Positions 27,161 to 41,320 of a stretch of DNA of 64,000 nucleotides are shown here, piece after piece. Numbering within the stretch: position 1 is the first letter of the stretch; every line of letters begins with the position of its first letter. The notes under the pieces are model-generated. The model did not search any database. It worked only from the letters and a program-made list of their open reading frames with translations, and was not told where the DNA came from. A program made the position numbers and the translations under genes. Where the stretch lies: NCBI GenBank assembly GCA_951406725.2, contig OX597815.1:110608001-110672000 (forward strand), written 5' to 3'. The stretch is from Octopus vulgaris (taxonomy: Eukaryota).

Positions 27161-29315
27161 TATATTTAATGTGCTGCTTTAAAGGATTCAGTAAATCTAA
27201 GAATTGCTATAAGGCCTTGATTTAGCGGGAAGGCGTATAGTTGAAGAAAAGGCTTCGCACTTATTTTATTTAGCTTGAAGGAAAGGTAGAACTGATATAC
27301 TTAAGATTCAACCTGACTTATGTGGGCAAACAACATTAATTGCAATGGCAGTGTTTCAACCAAGACGTCAACGTTACTTCTACTCAACATTGAGAAATCA
27401 TATTTTTCTTTTTTCTTTCTCTTTTATTTTTAAATATTTGTGTTTACTTTTAGGTTAATTCATGATCAAGTGCCTACAAGCAAAGGAACTCAAGTCTGAT
27501 AATTTCCCAGACATAGTATATCTAGCATGACATTTACCTAACGTATTCTTTCGTGAAATGGAAGTCTGTGATTTGAGCTATTACTTGCACATCAATGAAT
27601 CACGTAGAAACTCCCTTATCCCTTTTTTCCACTCACTTTACTTTTATGCCGATAAAATAAGAAGTAAAGAACTTCGTTGACTTTTGAAGGTATTTTCAAT
27701 GTAAGTAAAATGAAATAGCTTTAACTGAGCTGTGACACGATAACAGACTTCTTCGCTGATTTATTACTCCACGACAATCACAACTAGCTTTTTTCATATT
27801 GACAAAATGTATAGAAAACAAACTTGTATGAAAGAGGTTACATTTCGTCGAATTAGTATCACTGAGAAATTAAATATAAAGTGGATCCAAACATAAACGG
27901 AACGTAATGTGGAAAAGAAACTCATTGTTGCTCTGTCACATTGAGACTATATGCAGCAAGTCATTCCTTATGCCAGAAAATCCATCCCACTTTTTAAGAT
28001 TATTTGTATTACATTTTTGCCAATACAGAACTTCACTAGTTTCTTCATATTCAGTTGATTTACTATTTTTCTGTTACATACGTCCTGCCACTTTTCCACC
28101 TTCAGTAATTTCAGTATTTTCATCTTGACTCATCCCGATGTTAACTTTTGCCTAAAAAAATTATAAGCCAATTTCATATTCTAATATTCTAATATTGCAA
28201 TTTCATATTCTAACATTCTTGGGTTAACAGTTTGAATTGTTGCATTTATACGAGATATTTCCATCTACTTGGCACTATTTAGGAAGCGGAAGATTACCAT
28301 ATACAACATGTTGTTTCCTTAGGCTGATGGTGGCTTTTACCAATCAAGAAAATTGGTTGCATTTACATTTAATGCACGACTGCTTTATATAATATCTAGT
28401 TAGTAGCTTCTCTGTGCTAAGGACATAAAATAATTGTTCATTAGCTTGAAATGTTGGGCTCAAATCCTTACGTTGCCTATAGAAGAGAAAACAAATGTCC
28501 TCTTTCTAGAACTCATTATTGCTAATCATCCATTGTTGAATAGCCTTGATTTGGGAGCTTCAAGGAAATGACTTGCCTGACACGAATGAAACATCAATTA
28601 ATTACCTCGTAATATTTAAGAAGGTCAGAAGTGATCGTGGGACATAAATAAGTAGAACATTAGATGAAATATATGCTTCACAGTTGTTGTTATTGCTAAC
28701 CCTAACAAAACAGCCGTGACCATCAAGGCATTTGTAAGACGATAGCGTGTGATTTGAAAGAAATTAGGCTTCTATTTTTATCAGGTTGAGCGACCATGCA
28801 GAAGATTGCACTTTGCCACATATTTTGAGTTCATATCTTGCTCGAGCTGAATTTTTCTTTTTACGTTTACCGACGTTTCAAAATAAACATCATACATTTC
28901 CTATTATCGAATAAATTAGACATATTTGTGTTTTTGTTTGTTTGTTTGTTTTTTGTGTACATATTTTTGTGCGTGCATATGAGCACAAGAGAAAAACAAG
29001 GCGGAAAGAGTCTAGAGAGAAAAGTAATACTAGACAAAGTCATGCCCTATCGTTTTCTTTTTAGAGTTTTATAATTCTTTTTAGAGCTTTATAATATTTA
29101 TAAAAAATATTCATTTAATATAAATAATATTTATTTATATTTATTGCATAAGCAAAATGTTTTTTCGTTGTTACCAATAATATTCAAATAAACTTACGGT
29201 AATTTGGAGGCGCTGACTCCCAAACTGGCATTGTTTTTATTAGATTGGCTCAGATTTATGCCATAATGAATTACCTTCAAATTACATAGCTCCAAGATGT
29301 TACAGAAAAATAAAA

Positions 29316-29496
29316 CGACGAGCTAGCAGAATCATTAGCATGCTGTGGAAAATATTTCGCCTGTCAAATTCTGGCTAGGTTGACTTTGCCTTTCGAGGTC
29401 GATAAAACGAGTACTAGTTGAGCACTGGGATCGATGTAATCGACCTAAGCGACTTCCCCATAAATTGCTGACATTGTGTCAAAATTTGAAGCCAAT
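29316..29496 (+). mobile_element. Degenerate family-A SINE
   Basis: gacgagctagcagaatcattagc...gactttgcctttc...gtcgataaaa. Confidence 0.7.
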
Positions 29497-30189
29497 GTGA
29501 TACACACACATCTTTCCGAATTTCAGTAAACTGTAGTGTAGGAGTTAGGTAAGAATAGGTCAAAGATCATAATACTTTGGTATTCAACAACTCGGCTATT
29601 TAAGAAATATTAGCTGGTGATGATGCCATATTTGAGAATTCTGTTAAATTACTGAATTTTACCAACATATTTGCTGACATGTACCTCACGGATTTTATTT
29701 ATATATTTGTTATTTAATCTATTTTTATTGCAAGCTTAACTTTAAGTTTGTCCTTTTAGATTTTAATATGAGCTCATTGCGAAGAACCACTTTGAACAAT
29801 CCAAATATATTCTACTATCTGTAGCAAATATATTATAGAAAATCATAGAAAAAATATCACAAGCACATCATGTGGTACGCAAAGTTTATGTAGAATCCTT
29901 AGGCAGTAGACAAATAGACAAAGAAAAGAAATGTTATTCTTCCGAATACTTATGATATAGTGAGAGCTGAAACACAACTACAGTGATTGTTATTTTTGTG
30001 TAGGTAATGTGAAATCTTCAATCGCTACAAAAACAAACTCAGGATATTCTGATTTGGAATCTACAAAGCTACCTGTACCAGTCGAGCACTAGGGTCAATG
30101 CAATCCACATAACCCCCCTCCTAAATTACTGGCCTTGTGCCAGCAACTTAGGGGGAAGTGTATGCCGATTACATAGCAAAGAAATTTCC

Positions 30190-31000
30190 ATGCTAATTCT
30201 TATCTCTCTGCCTGACTTTTCTTCGCTAGATATTGAAAAAATGCCGAGTTTGGAGTCTACCGCAAATGACAGTGAAAATTAATATGAAGTAAGTGCTTTG
30301 ACACCAAAGCTGTTTTTCAAAAGAAGAACTTAATCAAATTAATGTTCTGATACGAGATCTCAGTTTCTCAAAGAAGTCCACTAAACTTGCAGTATCTAGG
30401 TTAAAAGAAAAGGAGTAGCTACAACAAAAGCTTAACGAAAAAGAGAGCAGGTGCTCTCTCACTTTGGCGAAGATGGAGATCTTGTCTTTCAAAATGGGAC
30501 TACCAGGATATCGACTACAAGATTGAAGCTTTTTTACAAAGAGATCCACCGGAAGCTTGAAATTAGTCTTTCTAATACAAGCCTGTATTGCCTTGTACTC
30601 TCTTATTGCGTGAGTTGCCATCAAATGTTTGGCTTATTTTTTCATGATTTTTAATGTTACAATGTAGAATTCATTTATTGTTTATTTATTTATTTTGCAA
30701 TTTGTGTCAATATGTTTTGACACTTTATGCCCAAAATAAAATCATTTTTAATTCCAGTGTTTGATATGAAATAAATTCGAGAACCGAATGCGCAAAGATC
30801 ACGTCAGCAAATATTGCATATCATAAAAAAAATTATAGGGTCTCAGAAGGAACAGTATAGCGAATTCTCAAATATAGCGCTTCGATTATGTCGAAAAGTA
30901 GAATCAATATGGCAAAAGTGATACCATATTCAAATTCAGTACCCCAAGCATACTCTGAAAATTACTCAGATAGCTTTGGCAACGAAAATATTTTTCAGCA
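30190..31000 (+). mobile_element. Chapaev-3 transposon relic, N-terminal transposase part plus right end
   Basis: PKLF..EELNQ..LIRDLSFSKKSTKLAVSRLKEK..L and LSHFGEDGDLVF; terminal motif gtgataccatattcaaattcagtacccc resembles the 23760-23860 end. Confidence 0.62.
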
Positions 31001-31040
31001 ATGCTATCAAAACATATACTCCGATTAATTTCATAAATCA

Positions 31041-31104
<64 letters not shown>

Positions 31105-31966
31105 GTGTGTGTGAGTGTGTGTTTGTGTAAAGAATATTTAAATTTCTTTAAATATACTTCTCTATTATAGGCACAAGATCTTAAAATTTGTGGGAGGGGT
31201 CTGGTCGATTACATCGACCCCAGTACTTATGTTATCGACCCCTGAAAGGATAAGAGGCAGATAGTGATATTTCTAAAAAGGCTGTGAGACTTCAATACCT
31301 TCTATAAGTACTATATTTTGCTGCGTTTTCTTTTCTTTCTAAAATCAGTAAAGTGAAAGATTAGGGAACTGGTAGTATAAAATTTGAACTTATTTAGGCT
31401 GACACCGCAGAAGTATTTCAAAATCCTCTATCTTCTCAGACTTCATTACTAATTTTATCGGTCAATAAATATTTCTTGTTCTTTCATTAGTGCTTACTGC
31501 GCTAATGGTAAATTTGATAAAGTACTACATCAGATTTCTTCTGTGGTTTTATTTTATTTATTTGTTTATTTGTTTGTTTGTTTATTTTTACGGAATCTAG
31601 ATTTACTGCTTCATAAATCTAAATCCCAGTCCCCGCATACATTGACTTTATCTTTCATCTCTTCGTTGCCGATAAGATAATAACCAGCAAGAGACTTGGG
31701 ACGATTTAATCCAATTTGCACCTCCCCTTTACATAAAAAAATTCTTGTCCTTCTGTCCAAGCAAATAAAGAAGAAGCCATCTACTCATTTAATGTCGAGT
31801 GTTTCTTTTTATCATAAATAAATAAAAAATAAATTCCCTCACCAAAAACATCGCGAGTTGTCACAGACTATTCTTTGATCTTCCACTCTATTGAAATACT
31901 ACTTTTCTTGTAACAGTGACGAGAGAGATGGGGAAGAATCTACTATCGTATAGATTTCACACTTAC

Positions 31967-32076
31967 TGGTGACGTTTACGTATAAAGTTTCAGAGGAGTA
32001 CGCATGTGCAGAAAAGGCCATGACATCCAGCATCGAAAGTCGTTGAAATAATTTTTATCTCCAAGTCAAATTGTTT
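31967..32076 (-). other. Candidate 110-nt exon containing an ATG (MLDVMAFSAHAYSSETLYVNVT, phase-1 donor)
   Basis: Minus strand ccattttcag|aaacaa...gtcacca|gtaagtg; ATG at 32033; unique non-repetitive sequence. Confidence 0.3.
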
Positions 32077-32251
32077 CTGAAAATGGCTACTATTATAGCT
32101 TCTCTTTACGGCGTATTGTTTACATTACTTTTGATATATTTTGTCAGTTCTATGTGTTATGTATTTAAATGATGAAAGACAGGAAAGGCGAAAGAAAGAC
32201 AAAAGTGGTGAGGTAGAAGAAGGAGGAGAGAATGAAAGAGCAGGAGAATTT

Positions 32252-32333
32252 GAGAAGAAGAAGAAGAAGAAGAAGAAGAAGAAGAAGAAGAAGAAGAAGA
32301 AGAAGAAGAAGAAGAAGAAGAAGAAGAAGAAGA
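32252..32333. repeat. (GAA)n microsatellite
   Basis: Direct inspection. Confidence 0.95.
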
Positions 32334-32749
32334 GGGAATAAGTAAGAGAAAAGGCGTTTTAAAGAACGAAAATGATATTAGACATTAATTAGGCTGGTAA
32401 ATTGGAGGAAGAGATATAATATCAGACAAAAGAAAATCCATATAATTATTTATCTGGAGTGTGAAAAAAATGAGTTATCACTGATCGCAATTGAACGAAA
32501 TCAACAATATCCATAAGGCTTCAAACGTAATGTAAAACAACTGTATAAATAATAAGCATTACACTACATAGAAGCACACCGAAATGTGACAAAAAACAGC
32601 GATTAGGAAATTTGGGTGTAGACTGCTAGCGAGCAACACCATGTGAATTTTGGGTCGGAGACTGAAAGGTTTTTCCATTTATTTGCGTGTAGGAGTGTTT
32701 TAAGGTGTGTGTGTATTGAAATATAAATATCGTATATAGGATGAAGATC

Positions 32750-32985
32750 CGTCCCGAGTCATATCGACCCTATGGGCCGGTTTTACGGCTTTCGTGGGGC
32801 ATATATATTCTCCTCCCCCTCGCAACCACCGAGTTTGATGCCAGTGTATGGAGAGATTACTAGGTTTTACCAGCTGAACAGACTGAAATAACGTGAATTA
32901 ATTGCTTTGCCCAAAACACTTCATTTCAGGAATTGAAACGACAATCTTAAAATCATCAGTCCAACACCGTAACCACTAAGCCTCT
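32750..32985 (-). mobile_element. Degenerate CORE-type tRNA SINE
   Basis: Minus-strand head ggcttagtggttacggtgttggactgatg...gtttcaattcctg...gtgttttgggcaaagc. Confidence 0.55.
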
Positions 32986-33130
32986 ATAACTACCATATTT
33001 ATTCACACACGCTAACACGCGCGGGTGCACATGAGAGCACACACACAAACACACAGAAGCAAATGTGCATACACAGGTATTCATATGCATACATGCAAGA
33101 GGATATAAATATATGCATATATATATATGA

Positions 33131-33372
33131 ACAGGTTATCACGTCATCTCGACGAACAACAACCGAGGGAACAAGCCGAAGAACTACAGCACGATGGACC
33201 TTATATTTATTCTAACACAACTGCTTGAGCGAGTGAATGAGTACAAGGTGCCTTTTTTGCGTTGCGTTTGTAGACTATGAGAAGGCCTTCGACAGCGTCG
33301 AAACCATCGCAGTGCTGAACTCGCTGCAGAGGCAAGGAGTAGAGGCGCAATATGTGCAACTGCTCAGGACCT
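33131..33372 (+). mobile_element. RTE-clade LINE RT fragment
   Basis: RLSRHLDEQQPREQA..YSTMDLIFILTQLLERVNEYK...CVAFVDYEKAFDSVETIAVLNSLQRQGV. Confidence 0.85.
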
Positions 33373-33723
33373 TAGATTTCTTGATTTCGTTCTTTTTCTC
33401 GTTCCATTTTTTTGCAGCAAGCTCCTTGACGCTTTGCATGTTTCTAATTTTCTTACTGTCCAGCGGCTTTGTTTTTAAAATATATATAACGTATAAACAG
33501 AGCCAGAAAGATTGCATTAAGATACACAGCGTATTTTACAAATATGCCTGTTCAAGTATCGCAAAACTATTAGAGCACATAATATCTACACACAACCCCA
33601 CCACACGCGCGCATGCATACATACATACATACATACATACATACATACATACATGCATACCTACATATATACAGCCTCATGAGGCTATCCAATAACAACT
33701 ACATCAGTATCATTAGTGGCCTC

Positions 33724-33725
<2 letters not shown>

Positions 33726-33807
<82 letters not shown>

Positions 33808-33926
33808 GATAGGCAGACTGACAGATAGATAGATAGGCAGGCTGACAGATAGATAGATAAATAGATATAGATAGATAGCTATATAGATAGATAGCTATAT
33901 AGATAGATAATTAGGTAGATAGATAG
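33726..33926. repeat. (GATA)n microsatellite
   Basis: Direct inspection. Confidence 0.95.
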
Positions 33927-34134
33927 TACTTATTTAAGAGGTAGTAATATTCAGTTGCATGCTTAACGCTGTTACATATTGAAGTCATTCCAGAATACAC
34001 TCGCGCGCGCGTACACACACAGACTCATTTATGCATACATACACACACACATATACACATACGTATGTTTATATAATGTATATATGTATGTATGCATGCA
34101 TGCGTGTATGTATGAATATATATATATGTATGTA

Positions 34135-35092
34135 CTAGCAGCATAGCCCGGCATTGCCCGGATATGTAAGAGCCCTAGTAGGCAAAGCCTAATCCCAATC
34201 TAGTCCTTTCCCTCTAGGGAACGAAGGCGCATGCGTAGGTTGCAATGTCTTCTCTTCACTCGAATATTTCTGTGTATACGGTGTTCTTAGCTGTCCCTTT
34301 AGGCGAAAACATGAAAACATCATTGCGCCCCCCAATGCGTGAACAGCCCACGTAGAGTTGACCATGGGCGAAGCACTGTTCGCCCAACTGTAACCCAGCG
34401 ACTTGTAGCGTTTGGCCTTGGGATTTATTAATGGACATTGCGAAACAGAGTTTAACAGGAAACTGAGAACGCCTGAAGTGGATTGGTAGGTCAGCGCCCG
34501 ACGGTTGAAGGTGCATGCGTGGAATGAAGACGTCCTCTCCCTTTCCACAACCGGTAAGTGTTGTGGCCGTTATTAAATGTGGTGGCAAATGTTTCACAAC
34601 CAGATGTGTGCCGTTGCACTGTTTAGGTGGAACCAAATTCCTGATGAGCAAATGGGCGCACCGACTTTTAACTTCAGGATGTGTGGCGGCAGGCCTGACG
34701 GTTCAAGTGAATTCAGGAATTCAACAGGATAATCGGCAAGCTCGGCGGGGTCTGCTGTCCTATCAATATATTTGTAGACGTGGACATCACCAGGAATAGC
34801 TTCAAGTAGCTGGATATTGATGGAGTTGAGAGTTAAAAAAGTCGAGTTGCGTCCCCCAGATAGTCTGTGGTTTGTGTTTCTGATTCTCGAACCCATGTCG
34901 AATTTATCAATTTTTTTCAGAACTGGGGGAACTTTTCAAACTTTTCGCTGCGTTAGTTTTGAATTATGACGTTGGGCTATGTGTGTGTCAAGTTTCATCA
35001 GAATCGGTTGAAAGCCGTGGTCAGGGTGAGGGTACAACCTGACAGACACACAGACACACAGACAGACAAACTGTCGTTTATATAGAGAGAGA
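34135..35092 (-). mobile_element. Helitron deletion derivative with intact termini
   Basis: Minus strand A|TC start at 35092; GC-rich subterminal hairpin-like ccgggcaatgccggg, then CTAG|T end at 34135; no TSD; carries the PIF1 helicase C-terminus. Confidence 0.9.
34256..34830 (-). pseudogene. PIF1-like (SF1) Helitron helicase C-terminal fragment with a frameshift
   Basis: YPVEFLNSLEPSGLPPHILKLKVGAPI / LIRNL...CNGT...FIPR...QFPVKLCFAMSINKSQGQT...HGQLYVGCSR. Confidence 0.9.
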
Positions 35093-35176
35093 TGTATGCA
35101 TGTATGTATGTGTGTTTATATAGGTAATTTATATTTTAGCAGTGAAGTATTTAAATGGCCATGTTCATGAAAGCCA

Positions 35177-35627
<451 letters not shown>

Positions 35628-37799
35628 ACACGCACACTCACATACTCACAAGCAAAGACAAATTATTCTAATATAGCGACACCAATAACAAATATCACTA
35701 CAACAACACTAATAGCAACAAATAAACGTTACATTTACAATAACAATAAATGAAAACAAATCAAAACTGACATGTTAACAATAGAAGCCATAATGAAGTC
35801 GGCAACGAATGTTCATAATTTACAAAATACTTGACAGCAACTTGAAATTATTCTTCCTCGTTTAACTTGCCTTCAGTTTTGTTATTTTGTTGTTGTTGTT
35901 GTTGTTGTTTTTGTTGTTGTTGTTGTTGATGTTGTACGATGTTTTACTTGGTGTTCTTGTTATAGTTTCACTGCAGTTGTTCTTGGTGATACCATTGCCG
36001 ATAGAGTTCTTACTGTTATTCCCGTTGTTATATTTATCGCTGCTGTTGTTTTTACTGCTTCGGCTTGCTGTTATTCCTATCTTGTCGTTACTTTTGTTTT
36101 GATTTTGGGGCTGTCGTAATGGCTGTTATTATTGTTGTTGTTATTGCTATTCCTCTTCTGATTATTGTTGTTACTATTACTGTTGCCGTTGTTGTTGTCG
36201 TTCTTATTTTCATCGTTTTTTTTTTCCTTTTTGCTCTTGTAGATGTTCAGCATTTTTGTTATTGCTTTTATTACTGTTATTGCTATTATTCTTGTTACTG
36301 TTACAGTTCTTCTTCATAGTTATTAACGCTGCAGTCGTCATTAATAGTAACGTTACTGCTGCCGCTGATGATGATGAAGAGGAGTAGATGGAGGAGGATC
36401 AGCTTCAGCAGCAGCATCTACATCATCAGTATACTTTTATAAACCGGACAGTAACTTTTTTTTTACTATTCTGCTTACTGTGAGTCGTAATTCCCATGGC
36501 ACCAAGCTCGACTTTACATTATGATTTTTTGTGGGTATCTTCAAGTTATCTCAAAATATGCTGAGATGAATAGCACAGAACTGTATGTAAAATGTCTAAT
36601 TAATAAGATGGTTTTCCCGAATACACTAGCATTGAGTAAGACAAATCGCAACGGATCAGTGGGATTATATTTTATAAGAGAATTATTCCTCTTCTTTAAT
36701 GTTGACTGAAACTGCCAATAGATAATCTTGTGATCCACTCGGCTTAGGAAAGACACAGAAAACTGGAAGGCAATGGATAATTTTCGGCTCTTACTTATCG
36801 AAGTGCATAGAGTTTGGGCCAAAGTACTATTTAAGATGTTGGAGTTTGTTCATGGTAGTGCTGTCGGAGCCAATTGCACGACGTTATACAAATCCAAGAA
36901 GATCTACTTAGGGCAAACAGCTTGACATGCATATTGACTTCACATCATAGAAGACGATTCCGAGTAAAATTTAGCCTTGTATTCCTACCCATCCTATTCA
37001 TTTAGATCAAGTGAAGAGTTCAAATTTAAAAATCGGTGCCGCTCATCAGTCGTAAATGCAGTCGCTACTATTACGCTTCTATAGTCCTTGTCGCATGATA
37101 TTCATTGTCTATGGAAGCTTTTTGACATCGATCTGTCAATCGTCCGCACTGTTTCTACATAAATATGTTTAAACTGCTGAGCTATTTAGCATAAAAATAT
37201 TCTTTGACTCCGTCACATTGTGTCACCTATTGACAAAATTGGACACTATTCATAATTATAACATTAAACTTACTCCACGTGAAACTCTAGGAAAATGAAA
37301 GTTTCGTACTGTGACACGAGTCATAAATTTTGAAGGAAATAATTTTATTCATGCTTTTAAGAAAAAAAACAGTCAAAAGTTTAACGTTTCGGACAGGGAA
37401 CTTTCTTCACAAAAAATAGCGTAAGACAAGTATAGAAGGGAAGAAGAAAGTTTCGGGGAAGTAGAAGTTACCGTGAATGCCACATACTGAAATGAGTTAA
37501 ATGAATGACTGACGTAAGCAAAGTGAATTAGTTTTTTCAACCAAGGATGATAATATGTGAAAATGTAAAGTACATGTGTGAGAGCGTCTGTGATTATGTT
37601 CAGTATAAAGCCAAGGGAAGTAAAATGTAAGAATGTTTGTATGTGCGCGTGTATATGAGTGCGCATGCTGATATAAAGAGTGAATTAGCGAGTATGTTGC
37701 GTGAATGCGTCTCGTAGTGTATATTTTCCTTTGTAAGTGGTGTGAATAAGGCATAATGATATATGCATGTGTGTGCGAGCTAGAAGAATAGTGTATCTC

Positions 37800-38047
37800 T
37801 TTCTCTCTCTTTTACTTGTTTCAGTCATTTGACTACGGCCATGCTGGAGCACCGTCTTTAGTCGAGCAAATCAACCCTAGGACTTATTCTTTGTAAGCAT
37901 CGTACTTATTCTTTGTAAGCCTTGTACTTATTCTATCGATCTCTTTTGCTGAACCGCTAAGTTACGGGGACGTAAACACACCAAGATCGGTTGTCAAGCG
38001 ATGTTCGAGGGGCAAATACAGACACACAAACATACACACACACACAC

Positions 38048-38100
<53 letters not shown>

Positions 38101-38256
38101 CGATGGGCTTCTTTCAGTTTCCGTCTACCAAATCCACTCACAAGACTTTGGTCGGCCCGAGGCTATACTAGAAGATCTAAGGTGCCACGTAGTGGGACTG
38201 AATCCGTAACCATGTGGTTGGTAAGCAAGCTACTTACCACACAGCCACTCCTACGC
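37800..38256 (-). mobile_element. Full-length family-B CORE-type SINE with internal (TA)n
   Basis: Head ggcgtaggagtggctgtgtggtaagtagcttgc, B box, CORE-like segment, central microsatellite, 3' tail ...gactgaaacaagtaaaaga. Confidence 0.85.
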
Positions 38257-39299
38257 CTATATATGCATGTTTCTGCGGAGACGTAGTGGGGGATTGTAAA
38301 ACGCATGGGGGTGGAGCGTTTTTCAATGTGTATGAAGTTTTAGGGAAGATACATCGACACAACGCAAACAATGTCAGAGCCATACAGAGGGATCGAACAC
38401 GGAATCACCTCGTTAAAAATGCGAAGTATTTAGCAACGCTACCCTTTGCTGCTATTATTTTCCCATTGTCGTTGCTGTAGATGCTGCTGCTTTTGCTTCT
38501 GCAGTCATAATATATTTTTTTTTTTACCGTAGTCATGGTCACCATCATCCTCGTTGTTGTCGTTGCTGTTGTGAATCCCTAATTTACGTTTGACCGGGAC
38601 CCGCAATTAGGGTTCATCTGCCTTGTACGACCGTCAAGTCCTCACCACCCTTACCGTCTTTCCCTACTCCAAACAACACCCATTACCCACCCGACAGAAA
38701 TGCGAATTACATGCATGATGGCGAATTTATGGATCTTAAACTGATTCTAATCGTGGAATTATCTACGGGGGCAGAAGTTGCTCGATATTTTACAAGCTAC
38801 ACACTCGACTGATTTCACTGTCCTGCTAACAGAAACGAGTGCAGCTCTTTTGTTCGACGTTTATTCTGATGCACTTCTGTTTATTTATTATCATTTTTTT
38901 TTTGCATTGCTTATTGTTGATGTATTCTAATGTGTGCGCGTATGTGTGTGCGTGTGTTTGTGCGTGTATGAATGTCTATATAGGCGTGTGTATTCTTGTA
39001 TGTATGAGTGTGTGTGTGTGTGTGATTGGCGGGGTGTTTTCAATTTTGGGTATTTTTTTCTATGTATTCATAAAATCTATTATATGTTATTAGATACAGT
39101 TTCCAGTTCAAGAATACCAGAGAAGAAAATGATATTAATGTTGTTAATGCTGCTGCTGCTGTTGTTGTTGTTGTTGCTGTTACTGTTGCAGTTGTTGTTG
39201 CCGTTATTATTGTTGTTACTATCGTTATTTGTGATTAGAGTTACATTGGTAAACTGGTAGAACCTTTAGAGCATTAGAAAGAAACCCATGCGATATTTG

Positions 39300-39710
39300 T
39301 TCTTACTTTTTTTTATTGCCCATAAGGCGCTAAACATAGAGGGGACAAATAAGGACAGACAAACGGATTAAGTCAATTACATTGACCCCAGTACGTAACT
39401 GGTACTTAATTTATCGACGCCGAAAAGATGAAAGGCAAGGTCGACATCGGCGGAATTTGAACTCCGAACGTAACGGCAGACGAGATACCTATTTCTTTAC
39501 TACCCACAAGGGGCTAAACACAGAGAGGACAAACAAGGACAGACAAATGGATTAAGTCGATTATATCGACCCCAGTGTGTAACTGGTACTTATTTAATCG
39601 ACCCCGAAAGGATGAAAGGCAAAGTCGACCTGGGCGGAATTTGAACTCCGAACGTAACGGAGTAAGCATTTCGCCCGGCGTGCTAACGATTCTGCCAGCT
39701 CACCACCTTA
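39300..39710 (-). mobile_element. Tandem dimer of family-A SINE (ccccttgtgggtagtaaagaaatagg tail variant)
   Basis: A full copy (39487-39710) runs into a head-less copy (~39300-39487) at ggtatctcgtctg. Confidence 0.85.
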
Positions 39711-39764
39711 ATTTGTTCTGGCTCTTTACGTCTGGACTAAAAACATCCCCTCAACTTTCATAAT

Positions 39765-40455
39765 TTCTGGGTCGATAAAATAAAGTACCAGTCATGTACT
39801 AGAGTCGATTTTATCGACTTACTCACCTCTTAACATTAATTGGCATTGTATCTGAAGGCAGCGAGCTAGCTAAATCGTTAGCATGACGGACATAATGCTT
39901 AACGATATTTCTTCCAGATCTTTACGTTCTGAGTTCAAATCCTACTGATGTCAATTTTACCTTCTATCCTTTCTGAGTCGATAAAATGAAGTAGCAATCA
40001 AATACTGGGATCGATGTTATTAATTCACCCCCTCCTTTCGTCTGTCTTTGCGTTCTGAGTTCAAATGCCGCCGGGGTCGACTTTGCCTTTCATCCTTTCA
40101 GGATCGATAAATTAATTACCAATTGCGTACTGGGGTCGATCTAATCGACTGCCCCCTCACACCAAATTTCAAGCCGTGCGGCTATAGTAGAAAGGATTAA
40201 TTACCCCCTCCTCCTAAAAACTGTTGGCCTTGACCCAAAATTTGAAGCAAGTATTGTAAGGCGGCGAACTGGCACAACCGTTAGCGCCTCAGACAAAATG
40301 CTTAGTGGCACTTTTTCCGGTTCTTTACGTTCCAAGTTCAAATACTACCGAAGTCAACCTTACTTTATTTTTCCTTTCGGGGTCAGTTCAATAATGTAAT
40401 CGCGCCTTGAAACCCACCCCCTCAAAACTGCTGACAGTGTGCTGAAATTACAAAT
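39765..40455 (+). mobile_element. Cluster of several family-A SINE copies and fragments
   Basis: Repeated ggcggcgag/ggcagcgag heads and gtcgataaaa..agtacca bodies. Confidence 0.8.
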
Positions 40456-40511
40456 TATTATTACTATTATTAAGAAATCGTTACAATAATAATAACAATT
40501 CTTCTTCTTCT

Positions 40512-40564
40512 TATTATTATTATTATTATTACTACTACTACTACTACTACTACTATTATTATTA

Positions 40565-40613
<49 letters not shown>

Positions 40614-40621
40614 CATTATTA

Positions 40622-40686
<65 letters not shown>

Positions 40687-40687
40687 T
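40512..40687. repeat. (TTA)n/(CTA)n microsatellite
   Basis: Direct inspection. Confidence 0.95.
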
Positions 40688-41249
40688 ACCATGTTAGGTG
40701 AATTGCAGGACTGATTATGTCCTTTTAATTCCAAATCCTGACCCGGTCCTCTCTTTCTTCTATAATTCGAATGTCAATGAAAATTGGGGCAAGTATCGCT
40801 CTAGTCGATTATATTCTAAAAGGCGATGCCCTAGTATGGTCATAGGCCAATGAATAAAGACAATCAGGAAAGAATGAGCAGTTTCTCGCTCAAGAATATC
40901 TTTAATATCATTAGTTGTTTATTTTTATACTGTTTAATCCCAAATCAGCACTAATCGAGTTGACCTACTATCAAAGCTTTCCAACTGTTTTTCCTATATA
41001 TAGGAAAATTAAAGCTGCATTATTCAACGTGTCCAATTTCAAAGATCGTAGGGCTGCTATTTGGCTGCTATTTCCAGCAAAGTGTTTGGCTTAGTATAAG
41101 CGCTCTCGTTTTGTTCTTGTATGCATTGTCTTTTTGTTTTTGTTTGTTTCTTGCCCCGGTTTTATTTTATTTTATTTTTTTTAATAAACGTTCTATTCTG
41201 TTTCTACATATTGCTGTTTCGTACCTATACGGACTTCTTCGTTAAATCA

Positions 41250-41254
41250 GCAGC

Positions 41255-41320
<66 letters not shown>

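Noticed and set aside
36430-37420. Possible hAT transposase relic (minus-strand AIGSDSTTMN)
   Set aside because: Only a single weak motif, with no confirmed TIR or TSD.
39300-40455. CRISPR-like repeated array
   Set aside because: Units are ~200-bp SINE copies with no repeat-spacer periodicity and no cas genes, in a eukaryotic context.
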